From NCBI GenBank assembly GCA_964016885.1, contig OZ024741.1:176700001-176764000 (forward strand): 64,000 nt of DNA. Direction: 5' to 3'. This DNA comes from Eledone cirrhosa. Lineage: Eukaryota. Below are positions 1-16,345 of this stretch, piece after piece (the stretch's first letter is position 1; each line of letters begins with the position of its first letter). The translations under genes and the position numbers were made by a program. The notes under the pieces were generated by a model that made no database searches, was not told where the DNA came from, and saw only the letters and a list, made by a program, of their open reading frames with translations.

Positions 1-1122
1 TTATAGCAAGCAAATTTATGTTTTAACAGTCATAACAGTATAACAGGTAGATTTATAAATTTATAACTTGCTATAAAATAACATAAGATTCATACTCGAA
101 TTACATTATTAAGATGGGAAATTTAATTTTTTAACATCTTAACTTTATAGCATTTAATCCTTAGAGCTATCTAATTTATTAATAAATCACTAGCAATTTC
201 CTTTACGCTCTACTGCTGTTACACATAAGGGATTATTCTTCTGTAAACTGTCGGAATTTCCATGGGCTTAGAAATATTCGGATATTTTAAACCTGCAATT
301 TTTGTTTTAACTAATTAATAATTAATAATAAATTTATATATGTTTTTGCAATAATAACATATTTTTTAATAATATATAATTTTAATAATATATATTCTTT
401 AATAATATATAGGTCTCAATTTGAATAATCTAACATACACATTTAAACCACGGATTGAATTGATAAATTATTAATTAAACATTTAGTCAAATTTATTAAT
501 TAAACATTAGATACAATTCTTCAACTTATCATTATAATGAATCCGGCTATTATTATTTATCCACGCTTTATTGTTTATCCACGCTATGGTATTCATCCAC
601 GCTATATTCATTTCTTCGCTTCTTCTCTCAAAATTATAGTATTACTATCCTTATAATTAATATTCTCTCTCACTTAAATATACTCACGTTTTTCTCTTTC
701 TTTCTTTCGTTTTTTTCTCTTTTTCTCTTTCATTCTCTCTTTTTTTCTTTTTTCCCTATTCCAACGGCTTAATTTAAATATACTGTTATTTTAACCTTTC
801 CGACACTAATTTGCATAATAAACGAACAATACATCTAATAACTCCACTATCCAGGAAATTCCAACCAGAATGGTTGCATTTTTTCAGAGTATGTCAATAT
901 TTATTTATAAAACTAACCTATCTTATATTTTATCTGATGAAAGCGCACCATAATTTGCCTTGGTGGCCCTTGAAATATGTATAATGAAATAAATATGGTT
1001 TTATAAATATAGTTTCCATTTGTTAATATATTGTATATTTACTCCAATAATTTGTTGAGTGCTTTATCCCAGTTATAAAAATATTTTGCTTGTATCCAAA
1101 CAAATTAAATATAACCTCTAAA
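1..1122 (+). mobile_element. 3' UTR / pseudo-LTR of a Penelope-like element, truncated by window start
   Basis: 840-1115 aligns by eye with the pLTR at 21240-21525 (cactatccag...ctgatgaa...gaaatatgtataatgaaataaatatggttttataaatatagtttccatt); pyrimidine-rich UTR upstream; ends in (TA)n. Confidence 0.65.
927..990 (+). ncRNA. type I hammerhead ribozyme (PLE pLTR)
   Basis: stem I attttat/atgaaat; CTGATGA 934-940; stem II containing cacca/tggtg; GAAA 972-975; short stem III tatgta; TA cleavage site. Confidence 0.8.
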
Positions 1123-3059
1123 TATATGTATATATATATGTTAGTATGTATATATACATTTTTAGTATGTAGGCATGTCAAATTCCATTGCTTTAGCCCA
1201 TGTTATGGTCCCATCATCAGCCTTGCTTACACGATAATTTGTTGAGAAATCGAAGTTGTACACATTCGACAGAGTAGCAACATCACTACCGCATTCCCCA
1301 TATACCAAACTATCCCACTGTTTGTTCTGTATTAAATCCATCTAATAACAAGCCAGTGATTCTAGTGAAATACAGTGTTATGTGCTTCTTGTTCGAATAT
1401 GAATTAGGCATTCCTTATAACAACAATCGTGACTAATTATACAACGTTATATTCTGTATATTGCAATTGATTTACAAACACACACACACACAAAGGCACA
1501 CACCTGTGCCTGTCTGTGCTTTTTTTAATGTGTGTATGTGTGTGTGTCTGAGTATGTGTATATATATAATGGTATGCTATAATATATATCATGCGCAAAC
1601 AATAAACATAATAATAATTTAAATGGATGAAACGAAAAAAATATTCAGGATATATTAAATCTAGTATTTACTGTGATGTCCAAAACCAATCGAATTGTAA
1701 AGTTAGGACATGAAACATATAAACACAATACCATATTTCAGACTGTATAAATCACGAAATAATGGTAGATTTATTGAATAGTGATTCTTAAATAGATATC
1801 TGTATATTTGTGTTGAATACAGCCTATCAATATTAACTAGATATCTCCAATCTCCAGATAATAATTTGGCTAGACATCACCGTATACTCATCAATTTTGC
1901 AACACATTGCATTTTATTACTATATCGACTATATATGCTTGGTTAAATTTATTCAATGTTGAACGCTCTAAGGTCGTTCCAATGCGAGAGTCCTCCATCG
2001 CAAAGAGGGAATCTTCTGTCTTTACTTTATCTAAACTCTGACATTTTAATCTGTACTATGTTTATTTTCACAAGTTATATATAGTTTACATAATTTCAAA
2101 TAGTTTCAACCACCAACTCAAAGGTTAAAGATGGTGTTTATGAGAACTATATCATGGGATAACTAATATTATACTATAGTCAAGCAAGTAAGGGAGACTA
2201 TTACCAACTCTTTTTATTTTCTCGAACGCTAATTCACGCCACTATGAATCGCTTGATGCTCGGAGTTCAAGCTGCACTCTTGACATTCATTCTCTGATTT
2301 TTGTGCACTTAACTTTGGGCATGAGAAGAATTATCCGGATATAATTTCTTCTGCTTTCGAAGGCTTTTTACTAGTTGTTCATTTGTAGTAAACCAAACAT
2401 GACTACTCTCTCTCATAAATGGTTTGCTGACAAACATGCATCATCACTGATTGTGACTACAGTTTGATGACGTGCGTCTTTAAAATAAATTATTCCTTTA
2501 TACTGGGAAGGTCAATTATGAGATCTTGTATGTCTCTGCACCTCGAAATGATCAGGGTTCATCCTCCTAACATGTAAACGGTGGATTGCACTTAGGAGAC
2601 GACGGCTCGTCCAACACTCTGCCCCTCTCATACGACGGATAGGTCTGACATTTCGCAAAACGTTACGCCTTACAATCTCATTGTCAATAATATGCCAATG
2701 CCATGAACGTGGGTGCATTGAGGTCCTCTCTTTACTTGTTCGTCTGTCTGAACCATGTGTTTCCTATCAAAATATCGAATTCCTGTCACACCTACAACAG
2801 AAGTGATACATTAACATTTCCCTTTTCATGACGGTCTATGATATTCCACGTAGTCGAGTTACATCCAACTCAAGTATGCAAATCACACAACACTATAGGT
2901 TAGTCATCGTATTTACATCGTTCAAAACTATTCGCAGATCCGCGTTGAATTTACCTATTTCTTGCCGAAGACTCACAGTATTTGACGTGGTCTGCACAGA
3001 ATTCCGCACGTTTTTCAGACAAAACCAGCAGGAAAGGTCAGTGACACAAGATAGGTTGG

Positions 3060-3300
3060 GATGACAACAACTATTTTTTCTTTGGGGTTTCTACCATGGT
3101 TTCATTCACCTACAAGACTTTTGATGGCCATAACTCTCATGAGTTCCTTCCCCATTTGATGAGTTTTGTTTTTTCCTCTGATGATATGTCCAAACCAATT
3201 ACTCTTCTCACCAAGCTATCTTCGTGGGATTGCTAATTTCATCTCCAACGAGTACATGTTACACTGGGTTATATGTTGTCAGTAATGCACGATAGTGACC
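3060..3300 (-). mobile_element. highly decayed RTE-like LINE 3' end
   Basis: minus strand encodes an NWFGHIIRG-like motif (aattggtttggacatatcatcagagg) typical of the RTE-type ORF C-terminus. Confidence 0.35.
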
Positions 3301-4046
3301 TGACATACCTACCGATATACATACATGAAATTACCAGTGCAATCATTTAATGGAACAGTCAAAATATGTAAAACAATCCAAATATTCTGCATGAAATAAC
3401 TGCATGTACACATGTATAGATACAAAACATATGCACATGCACACATATAACTCAAGACATCCACATCCACAAATAGAATAACATCCATAGATACACACAC
3501 ACGTGAATTCTCACATATCTACCTTGTTTATTTTGTCTAAATTCCAATGAAAGAGTATTGTTTCGATGTTAGAAACCGTCTCTATTTGTAACAAATTATA
3601 AAATTATAAAACCAGAATATATATACATAAATACATGCATTAATACATACATAAATACATACATGCATGCATTCATCGTAGGCCCTCAATTTCTGTTTCT
3701 TAAACTTTCTTCCTAATCCTCTGTTTATCCCAAGGCTTGGGTAGATTATACAACCGCCTCCGATGCCACAGTTCTGATCTAACCCAGAATCACGTGTTTG
3801 CGGAAGCGTACTTTTTAACTTTTTCATGCGAAGCACACCTTATTGTTCTTATGATTAAACAGTTAAGTTAAATATGAGAGTTTCTACTATTATGTATGCA
3901 ATTAGAACGATTAAACAAAAAGATGTCAACCTTCATAAAAAAAGATCATAGATAAAAATGATAAACATAGCTAACGCTGCACTATATTTAGTTAAATAAT
4001 CTTCTGGGTGAGCTACCCAGCAATATACCAAACCACGAAACAATTA

Positions 4047-4225
4047 TAATATATTATATTATATTATACTATGTTATATTATACTTTATTATATTATATT
4101 ATTCATACTATGTTATATTATATTATATTATATTATTGTTGGCCTTGTGCCAACAGTAGAAACAATTATATTATATCATATTATTTTATACTGCTATATT
4201 ATATTGTATTATATTATATTATATT
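4047..4225. repeat. (ATATT)n pentamer tract containing a SINE tail fragment (4139-4168)
   Basis: visible periodicity; ggccttgtgccaacagtagaaacaatt matches the SINE 3' end. Confidence 0.8.
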
Positions 4226-4226
4226 A

Positions 4227-4410
4227 GTGGATTGGCAGTATCGGTAGAGGGTCGGACGCCATGCTTGCCAGCATAGTTACGTCCCTTTACGATCTGAGTT
4301 CAAATCCCGCCGAGGTTGACTTTGCCTTTCATCCTTACAGGGTCGATAAAATAAAGTACCAGTAATGCACTGGATAATTGCTGGCCTTGCGCCTAAAGTA
4401 GAAACAATTA
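4227..4410 (+). mobile_element. tRNA-derived SINE, family A, near full length
   Basis: A-box-like tggcagtatcgg, B-box gagttcaaatcc, body actttgcctttcatccttac-gggtcgataaaataaagtaccagt, tail gtagaaacaatt; repeated about 9 times in the window. Confidence 0.85.
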
Positions 4411-5029
4411 TACTATATTTTCAAGTGGAAGTTTGTATTTGTTCGTGTTGATAGCATTTTGTATCTTCTTTCTGCTTTTATAAATTCACGTACGATATAT
4501 ATTTTTTTCCTCACTTGCTTGTTTTCGTTTGTTCATTTATAAACTTTAGTTGGCTGTTTATTTCGGAATCTTTTTCTTATACGTCAACCATTTCGATATT
4601 TAACAATTGACCTAATGAAACACTAGCCATGTGTGTAAGCTGATTTTTGTTCTTTTAAAAGAAATCAGCAGCCTGAATAACTTTATTATAAGAAAGGACG
4701 TCTTGCACATCCTGAAATAATTTGATAAAAACTAGGTATTTGCAACAATGATAAACACATTTTTCAGTTCAACCAGTCACAAGGCCGTTAGATTTAGTCA
4801 CTTTATAATTGTATCTCCATCATATTGTTTTGTTGTTTTTACCAGGTTGTTGCTTTTGTTTTGTTTTGGTCGGTGAAGTGGTTCATTAAGACCATTATGA
4901 TTACACATCAGTATTACTAAATATACAACACAGTGGACATGAGTATTGTATAAGTATTGAATGGCAGTTTCATTCACAGACCCCAAAACACAATGACACA
5001 ACCATATGAAAACAACACAGAAATACGTA

Positions 5030-6753
<1,724 letters not shown>

Positions 6754-7974
6754 TGCATGTATATCTCTATGTTTATATATTACGTATTTCTAATGTGGAA
6801 GCTTCAGTGGGTACATGGGGAGGTGTGTGGTAGGTATGGAAAAAGCTATGGGGAAAATCTAATTTGTTACACTTCCAGAAAATGAATGGCATTAAAAATA
6901 GGATGATTGTGGTAAGAATTAGATTGAGATATTTAAATAATGAAACACGATTGTCCAGGTACTTTCCACATTCACCAGCGGATACATATTTTTCTTCTCT
7001 TCACTTTGCGTAGAGTTTATGGATGAGTTGAGAAGGACAGAACAATTAATGGAAGCTTGAAGATACTATAAACTGACACTGTCCCTGCATGATATCAACG
7101 AACATAATTCAGTATTGTTAACCTTAATATAGGAAACACCTGCTGTATAACATGTCTTGTTATTGAGAACAGCTGAACTATCGTAAAATTGAAAACGTAT
7201 CATGCTGGTGTTGCTTAGCCGTAGGTCAGGGTTGGTAGAGAAGACATACATATTATCAGATGCCATTTCATGCTTCATTGTACACATCTGGTGACATAGT
7301 ACCAAAGTCTATGACACTTCAATATTATTAACCTAAATATGCGGAAAATATACTATATGAAATAAATATCCATTTATTCTCCGTGGTTACATGCATTGTA
7401 GCAAGGTGTTTTCTATAACCTAACACTCAAAATAAGCTAATGCCTCAGTAGATAGGACATGTCATTACACAACGTAGACCATGGACACGATAATGCAAGC
7501 GAGTTTTTTTAGCATTATGGATCTTGAGAAGGATGTATATAGTGTAGACGTGAGTAATGTGGAGTATGTTGTGTATGAACGGTGCAGTGCTGTTTAGTGG
7601 AGGAAGAGGAGGAGGAAGGGATGATGAATAGGAGGAAGGGGAAGGGGATGGGGAAATGGTACGATAGCGGATGAGGAAGAGGAGGAGGTAGAGTTGGATG
7701 AGGATGGGAGGAGGTAGATGACGTTGTGATTGAGAAGCGGAATAAAGTTTTACGGAATGGTTGAAACATGTCGAAGATAGTGGCATCAGTATTGTATCGA
7801 CATTAAAGTTGACAGACTGCACGTAATTCAAACCTGAATGTGATAATTGATAAACTGAAACACACAACTGTTGTTAGAAGGCGTAAACTTAAATATTGCA
7901 TGGATACATACACATATAATGACACACACACACATTTAGTGATCCCATATATTTTTGGATTTATCAACATTAAC

Positions 7975-8138
7975 AAGGGGAATCCCGTTTGGGTCCTCTG
8001 CCCCTACCAATCTCTTAGCATAAGTGGGCGAAGCATAAGTGGGCGAAAAAGAAGAAGAAGAAGAAGAAGAAGAAGAAGAAGAAGAAGAAGAAGAAGAAGA
8101 AGAAGAAGAAGAAGAAGAAGAAGAAGAAGAAGAAGAAG
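7975..8138 (+). mobile_element. probable LINE 3' terminus with (GAA)n tail
   Basis: GC-richer ~75 bp segment with duplicated agcataagtgggcga followed by ~29 GAA units; same tail type as the RTE copies at 32683 and 37541. Confidence 0.45.
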
Positions 8139-9633
8139 ATATATATATATTTCTATATGGTGCTTTCAAAATATAAACTATCGTGTTGAATCGTCTGAAA
8201 ATTAGTGTCCACTAACTCGGTTTTATCAAACTCCATACACTTAATTAAATATGACAGTTACCATAACTGACTAACCTAGATCTAACGTGCCTCTTTCAAA
8301 ACGAGGATAACAATATATTGTTTTTAATAATTTATTGGACAATATGGCTACATATTTTAACTGTAGAATGCAAGGGAAATGGGAAAAACCGTCTTGTGTC
8401 ATTAATGATAACTTATCATTTGTCATTTGTATCATTAGTTTGTGCTATATTTGATAAAATAATTTATCCATAGCATGACTTGTATCTGAGAAGATGATAA
8501 AGAAATAAAGATATATTTCTATTCTTATTTTCCCGAAAACAAAACAAGGATATGATTTTTCTAGGATGTAATATTTGAATTAGTATCATTTTGATTTTGC
8601 GATCATTGTAGTTTGTTATGCTCTTGGCATTTTTCTTCATGCTGATGAGAATTGTTTCTTTTTACCAGTTTGGAACGGAATGGTAAAACTCTAATATACA
8701 TATAATATTCATAGAATCAAGTTATTCAAACAAATATATTACTTACACCCGATTTCCGTTTTTAACATGGTGATAAGGTTACGGATCTCTACCAAGTAAA
8801 ATGATTGAAGTTGCTTTGTATTTCACAGAATGTAAACGAACGTCTTACTTCCAGCGAATTGTAATATTTACTTATTATGAAAGTGTATTCATATACATAT
8901 ATTTGCTTAACTGCTATACCTATTCAATTATTGCATGTATATTTGTATTTCACTATTTAAAAGAATGAGGTGACATTAGTTGATAGTGGATGAGTAAGAA
9001 TGAACTGATCACGTGATTTCTGCTTTCAACTGCAGATTTTATAAATCTAAATTATTCATACAAATATATTTCTTGCATTCTCATTTGTGAATAGAAACAT
9101 ATAAGGTCAACATGTGTACACCCCTTCTTACTTAATTTAAGAACGTTCTATTGAAACAGGCACTCATACATAACAATACATATGAAAATCAAGGAGTTCT
9201 CTCTTTACAATGCGAAATATAAAGCATTTGCCATCCAATGCGCTGTCAGGAAATTATATTACTTCATGTATATCCTGGGTCTATTATCTTACATAACTCT
9301 TCATATATTCATTCATTTAGTTGCGTTCATAAGAGTTATAACAGAGGCATGTCGATATCCATTCACTATATTTACAAACATCATCTATTTTGCTAATTAA
9401 ATAGGTACATCCATTTCTAGCAAAGAATTGGGGACTCGCGTGTTCGTTGCAGACTTCATAATTGTCAGAACAATTTACAATTTGTTTGTAAAACACATAC
9501 CATAAGCAAATCAGTTGGAAACATGATTTTGGTACTCCGTAGAAATTGTCCATTTGCAGAAGCCACGCGATCGCTTCGTTGTGAAAATTCTCCAACGAAA
9601 TCCTGAACTAAAACTATTTTAGCATGTTTAACC

Positions 9634-9752
9634 TTTTTTTAATAATTTTATTAAGCTCATACGTTTTTTAATAATTTTATTAAGCTAATACGTTTTTTAA
9701 TAATTTTATTAAGCTCATACGTTTTTTAATAATTTTATTAAGCTCATACGTT
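9634..9752. repeat. 29-bp minisatellite x4 (ttttttaataattttattaagctcatacg)
   Basis: four adjacent near-identical units with no spacers. Confidence 0.9.
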
Positions 9753-10436
9753 GACCTTATTTATCTTTGTAATTGTAATTTATCCACGATGTTTTTTTAT
9801 CACAACTATTTCGTCAATTCTGAAACTTTCACAATCATCGCATTACATTCTACACCGTATCGACAACCAATCATATTCTAAAATGATAACCACTAAATAC
9901 CTAAACTAAATACGTTTTATCCAACGCATATTTTATGGTAGATACTATCTGCAATAAAACCTATCGCTTTTAAAATTGGCACACAGATACCCATGCCTGC
10001 AATAAATTTATGATATACTGAAGCGAAACCAATATATACATTCGGGATACTTATCTTTCCGAAGACAAACTTCAACTTCTAATTGTGAAGGTATATAAAA
10101 TTATGATACGAAACATTAGTTTAATCATCATTACTGTTCATTTTGTCAACGTAATTATTTTGTACTATTTTAATCTATAATCACTATATAACTGCATATA
10201 GAGTTGCATCATTGTGTAATGCTTCAAAAACAGGGAGATTTTTTGTCAGTCGTCCATGTTTATTTTATTTTGCGTTTCTGTGTAATAATGTTTTTAGCTA
10301 ATAAATCACTTTGCTTACAGCAAACGTCCCTGCATATGTCACTCTCATGGCGCAACTATTCAATGTCAATTTCAACATGTTTCCCCTGTATCATAAAAAA
10401 CGCCCCTATAAATTTTGAAATAAGAATAAAGAGAAC

Positions 10437-10560
10437 GAGAGAGAGAGAGAGAGGGGAGAGAGAGAGTGAGAGAGAGTGAGAGAGAGAAGCCAATAGAAAT
10501 GGAGAGAGACAAGCCAGGAAAACTGGAGAGAGACAAGCCAAGAGAACTGGAGAGAGACAG
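10437..10560. repeat. (GA)n plus ~24-bp repeat (ggagagagacaagcca...) x3
   Basis: direct reading. Confidence 0.8.
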
Positions 10561-11384
10561 GAAAAGGTGAAATGGAATATAGTGATAGATAAATAGACAT
10601 ATCTACCAAAGCAACAGACAATACTTGCTAAAAGGCTGAAATTAGGCCACGATAAGTGCTTCTATACAGGTGAAAGTAAATGCATACATTTACTAATTAA
10701 GAACAAAATTCCTGAAAACATTTATTGAGAGGAGTTAACTTGTATTAATTATCTATCATATTTTAGTAATATATTGTTAAGAAAAATAAAATACAGAAAA
10801 TAATAGCAAACACAACATACAATATTTTTCAGACAGTATTACTTCAGGTTATATGAAACAATAAACAACATTTAGCTATACGTTGAGAACATTTCTTTCT
10901 AGAAAAGACATTTCTGAGTTGCTAACTCTTTCTAATAGCTTCGGTGTTAATTCAATTTCGAAGAATCTATTTTGAGAAGGAATTAAAATATTGAATAACA
11001 AATTTTCAAATTGTTGTTAAAACATTAAAATCATCAAGTAGATTCCACAAATTAATCAAAACAGACTTGCAGCTAAAATTACAAATGTTCGTCCTAATAT
11101 TTTTTCTTTCTGTAGAAATTGGATTTATAAATAGTAAATCGATGTCATAAAATGGATATTTACAGAGACTATTAGAATTTTATTCTGCAGGCAAATCTGT
11201 AGGATTAATCCTGATAATGGTGGGATAAAAACAAACAAAAGCATAATAATATTGGCATTTCATGCACACCAACACATGTGACGTAAGAGAGGACTGTTAC
11301 CAAGGAGGTTCAATATTTTGTTTACTGTAGGTCAGTAATTCAGTACTGGGGTCAGAATAAAGGCTGTATTTCTGCAATAATGTA

Positions 11385-11675
11385 TCATCATTATTATCAT
11401 CACCATTAGTACCATCATCATTAATATCATCATTGTTGTCATCACAACCCCACCACCATTATCATCAACATCATTGTAATCATCATCATCATAACAATCC
11501 TACTCATCATCCTCATCCCCCTCATTATAATCATCATCGCCATCACCATCATCAACATCACAATCATCACTCCTATCACACATATGAACATCGTCTCCTC
11601 ACCATCATCTGTATTATAACCCTCAATATCATCATAACAATCACCATTACCACCATCACAATCATTCCCATTATA
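11385..11675. repeat. degenerate (CAT)n/(CAC)n microsatellite
   Basis: direct reading; explains the His-rich ORF 11433-11768. Confidence 0.85.
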
Positions 11676-12735
11676 ATGAACACGATTAATTATTGCCTTG
11701 TGGTGAGTACTTATTTCGTCACGGCTGATGCAATCTATTTTTGGTCAATATTCTTGCAGAACCTCTGATATTAATTGTCTGGAACCCTGTTTTAAAATTG
11801 TATATTGGCTAGGGATACTTCCTACATCAATAACGCCTATATTGTTTGTGGAAAATCCAGAATCCATCCCGGAAAACTGGGATTGTCTGTCTTAACAAAA
11901 CCTATTTTGTACTATAGCCTGTGTATGTATTAGATATGTTCAATTGCAGTCAGTTATGATAATCTAACTTATGGTTTGGGAAACAGAAGGAATGAGTAAG
12001 TAGTTATTGTGGCTGTGGGAGTAAATATATTATGTTCTGTAAATTCCTTTGGTTGCTGTGACGGACTCAAAGATTTCTGTGGCTAAAAATAGATAAAACT
12101 ACTAGAAGCATACATTTATATTGATCCATCACAGAACAAAATCCAGGAGGCAAATATGTGGTGTACTTTAATACTTTTTTTTAAGAATAAAAAAGGGTGA
12201 AAAAATAGTGTCGTCATCTGAGCTTAGAGCAAGTATATAATGTACGATGTATATTATTGTTTGCTTTGTGGGATTTACATACTGACATTGATAAAAACTG
12301 AATACGTTGCTTCAAGGATTTACAAAATTCTACTCCTAATCAATGTCTTTTTATATTGATCAATCTCATAACATAATCCAGGATGCAATTAAATGATGCA
12401 TGGTGTGTTTTTTTCCTGTTTCGGGATATTTAAATACTTACACATCTAAAAGCAGAATACATTACTGGAAGGCAGTATAGTACTCAATCCCTGATCAAAC
12501 AAATACATCTAGAACATTGATGTTGGAATATAGGATGAATGTGAAGATTATGTTTTTAATATATTACATTAATGATGTATATGTCTCGAGTGTACGGCTA
12601 ACATGTTTCCTCAAGCACACGTGTTCACAGATTTGGAGAAAGCTCATGTTAGCCTTATTTTAGAATTTCGTTTATATGATATCAGTGCGGGAATCCGCTG
12701 TACAACACGGCTTTGTATTATTACATGTCGAATTA

Positions 12736-12940
12736 GGGCGGTGGATTGGCAGTATCGGTATAGGGTCGGACACCGTGTTTTGCAGCATAGAGTTACGGCC
12801 CTTTATGATCTGAGTTCAAATCCTGCCGCGGTTAACGTTGCCTTTCATCCTTACCGGGTCTATAAAATAAAGTACCAGTAATGCACTGGGGTGGATTTAA
12901 TCGACTTTTCCCTCCCCCCAAATTGATGGCCATTTGTCTA
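12736..12940 (+). mobile_element. tRNA-derived SINE, family A (longer 3' variant)
   Basis: gggcggtggattggcagtatcggta...gagttcaaatcc...aaaataaagtaccagtaatgcactggggtggatttaatcgac. Confidence 0.85.
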
Positions 12941-13049
12941 GATAAGAAACCATTTTTACACGTCAAATTAAAAATTGCGGATGCTCCGAATGTCTTACTG
13001 GAGTTTAACAAAACAAATGGACCTACTCTCACCAATAAAGATGTATTTT

Positions 13050-15642
13050 TATACATACATTTATATGCATATTCACAATATTAAACATGTGTGCAAACGG
13101 AAACGCATTAAAGTACTCAAAGCTGGATTTGTTACCTCACGACAAACATGCATTCTATTAACTTCAGGAAGCAGTCAACATCAGATGCCGTCATGATATT
13201 GCCATCATGTCATGATGGATATGATTGGCCAGATTGGAGTAAATATGAAAATGTGTGAACATGTGCTGGGTCCTTATGGGTTTTCTAACCGAAATGACAA
13301 TGGGAATAGACTCATCCATTACTGTGCAATGGACAGAATGCCGATCGGATCATTCATATTTTAACAGAAGTCCATCCTTGAGTTCACAGGTTCCTGCGAG
13401 TATTAGATAAATAACCAGATAGTGAGCTTAGCGATTTATCCTGAATGGAGAGTGCCCTGTTTGGAAGATGTTAGTATGGATGAGGCGCGGGTTTCAGCAG
13501 CGACCACTACCTTGTCATCGCGAAAATGAGGATCAAACTGAGTAGGCAAAAGAATAAGGCAGGAGGTTTCATCACCAAACTAAATGATTCTAGCTTAACC
13601 AGCGTTTAAGAGGTTCAAAACAGGTTCTCTTCGTTAGAAGATACTCCGCCAGGAACAACAAAAGGGTGTGAAATACTAAAGGAAGCTTTAACAACAGCTG
13701 ATGAAGAAGCCCACCATGGAAGCATGATGGGCAACACTTGGCACATATTTAATGAACGGAAAGCTCAGGAACACACTCAGTTATGCAAATAATCTGGTAT
13801 CTTTAATATCATTAAACCACCTATATGTTCAACAGTACAACATCATTTTTATCATTTATCATGCCAAAGACATGAATTATTAATGATTAGTATAATTCAT
13901 CAATCTTTCCCCAACTATATTAATTATGTTTTAAGTTTCATTTTGTTAAATGTCATCTTACAAACTTTATGAGATGATAATAGGATAGTATTATCAAATG
14001 CAGCCCTGGTTCGAATACGTGCAAGTGTGTACTTAGACTTTGAAGCTCCCACGTCTTGAATCACATGATGCAACCACAATATTCCAATAACCACAGTCAG
14101 TTGTATCTATCTTTGAAAGCATAACTGTGATGGGACCAGTGTTTGTTAGAAGAATATGCTGAAAAAGATATAGTAAAACGCAGTTCTAAAAAGAACAAAC
14201 GTCTCTGGTTGGAGAACGAAGCTGAAGAAATATGAGTCAGTGTTAAAAGAAATGAAATGCGTACGGTGTATCTGAATGCCAATATGTTCTCTGGTATGTA
14301 AAACAACCTGTCAGGTCCGATCAATGCAAGGGATGGGACCCTGTCGTACAAAAGTGAAGATAACCTTGCCAGATGGGTCGAGCACTTCAGGAAAGTAATA
14401 AATCGACCAGAACCTGGCGCTCTGGCAGTGATGTGCCGGAGGACTAGCAGAACGGAGCATTTGCCTCCGTCCTACACAAGAGTAATTTGGCAGGATCTGA
14501 CATTACTAGGGAATAATTCTTCCATCTATAACATGAAAGGCATGTTTCTATGTTATTGTGCATCGAAATAAAGAGGCAGTTGATCATGTCATGCGTCTGC
14601 AACAAGCTGGCTCCCGACCCAAACGCTCATGTGCCGATCAAATATCTTCGACACATCATCGAGAAATACAATGGATTAAAAGTACCACTTGCCATCACAT
14701 TGATTGATTTTATTAATCTATTTGATAACCTACACAGACCATGTTTATTGGACATTATGCGGGATTATGACATACAATTCAAGGTCATCTCAGCCATCAA
14801 GAATGTATATCTTTGTTTAAAATGCTGCGTAAGAAGTGAGCATGTCTCTAGTGTATGGTTTGAAGTTGTCACCGATACTCATTGCTTTGGCCATCGCTTG
14901 GATTTTGAGAAGTGCAACACAAGATTAAAGGATTGACTGGAACAGAGGTTTTCACACATTGACTTTGCAGACGATATTGCGGTCATGACAACAATACATC
15001 TAACTTGCACCAACAAACTTGTGCATACATCAGGAGGATGTGGAGGCCATGGGCGACTTCAGCTACCGCAGGAGCTCTATCAACAGAAGTGGGGACATCG
15101 CAAAATAATCTGCATGCAGAATAAGCAAAGCTTCAGCTGCCTTTAAGCAACTCAACAAAATCTGGAGAAGCAAAAGACTTTCACTTGGTATAAAAATGAG
15201 ATTACATAACAGTAACCTACTTTCAACACTCCTGTACGTGGCATATGGAGACTAGGCGATATAACCGACTAGACGCTTTTGGCTCCCAAATGACTATACC
15301 AAATCTTAGCATCAGTTTGGATGACTTCATCATCAGCAAATATGTGTGTCAACGAATCCACCAATAAGATGTCTAATATCATGTGCAAGCGTCTCCGTGG
15401 CTAGTTCGGGCAAGTTACACGATTCCCAACTCAGAGACATGTTAATCACGTAATTTGTGTTGCCCTCATGGAAAAAGCCGAAGAATATGCCTGAAGATGG
15501 ACTGGCGGCAGAAAATCGACAGAGACCCGATACCCGTCAACAAAGGTTGGAATATAACATTGATAGATACAACTGACTGTGGTTATTGGAACATTGTGTT
15601 TGCCTCATGTGTCTCAAGACGTGGGAGCTTCAAAGTCTAAGT
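13050..15642 (+). mobile_element. decayed RTE-type LINE (APE endonuclease + RT), interrupted by an inverted duplication
   Basis: GPYGFSNRNDNGNRL and SDHYLV (APE) at ~13268-13515; IDFINLFDNLHRP in ORF 14550-14936; DFADDI at ~14961; ISKASAAFKQLNKIWRSK at ~15120; many stops and frameshifts. Confidence 0.8.
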
Positions 15643-16090
15643 ACACACTCGCACGTATTCGAACGAGAGCTGCATTTGATAATACTATCCTATTTTCATC
15701 TAATAAAGTTTGTGAGAAGACATTTAACAGAATGAAACTTAAAACATAATTAATATAGTTGGCGAAAGATTGATTAATTATACTAATCATTAATAATTCA
15801 TGTCTTTGGCATGATAAATGATAAAAATGATGTTGTACTGTTGAAAATATAGGTGGTTTAATGATATTAAAGATACCAGTTTATTTGCCTAACTGAGTGT
15901 GTTCCTGATAATGCAGGACACTGTGAAAGTTAAATGATTGTCAATATCCCAAATGACTTGAGAAGCTAATGGCATTGTCTTAATAAGTTTTGTGAATAAA
16001 TACTCTTACCTCACTAGGTTTTGTGGAGATAATACTGTAATCTCTTAATGATGGGATATGAAGTCTGACTATCGCTTTGGTTTAGTTAAT

Positions 16091-16227
16091 AATTGTTTCT
16101 ACTTTAGGCACAAGGCCAGCAATACCCAGTGCATTACTGGTACTTTATTTTATCGTCCCCGTAAGGATGAAAGGCAAAGTCAACCTCGGCGGGATTTAAA
16201 CTCAGATCGTAAAGGGACGTAACTATG
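16091..16227 (-). mobile_element. tRNA-derived SINE, family A (5'-truncated)
   Basis: reverse complement of the 4270-4410 body and tail. Confidence 0.85.
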
Positions 16228-16345
16228 GTAGAAAGCTGAACCATCAAATCTTTTGTAAGCATGTATTAGTATAAGGTCAAGGGGTCAGCTTTTCAAAAAG
16301 AACCGCACATCCAGCTATAATGTAGGGGTGATTGTCCTGTTGATC

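Noticed and set aside
1168-1226. Minus-strand agg-CTGATGA...GAAT...TG-cct hammerhead relic
   Set aside because: Core has two mismatches and stem II is poor; cannot be distinguished from chance.
7066-7305. 79-aa ORF as a host exon (likewise 2512-2718 and 36461-36709)
   Set aside because: No recognisable domain or convincing splice context.
9634-9752. 29-bp repeats as a CRISPR array
   Set aside because: No spacers, eukaryotic context, no cas genes.
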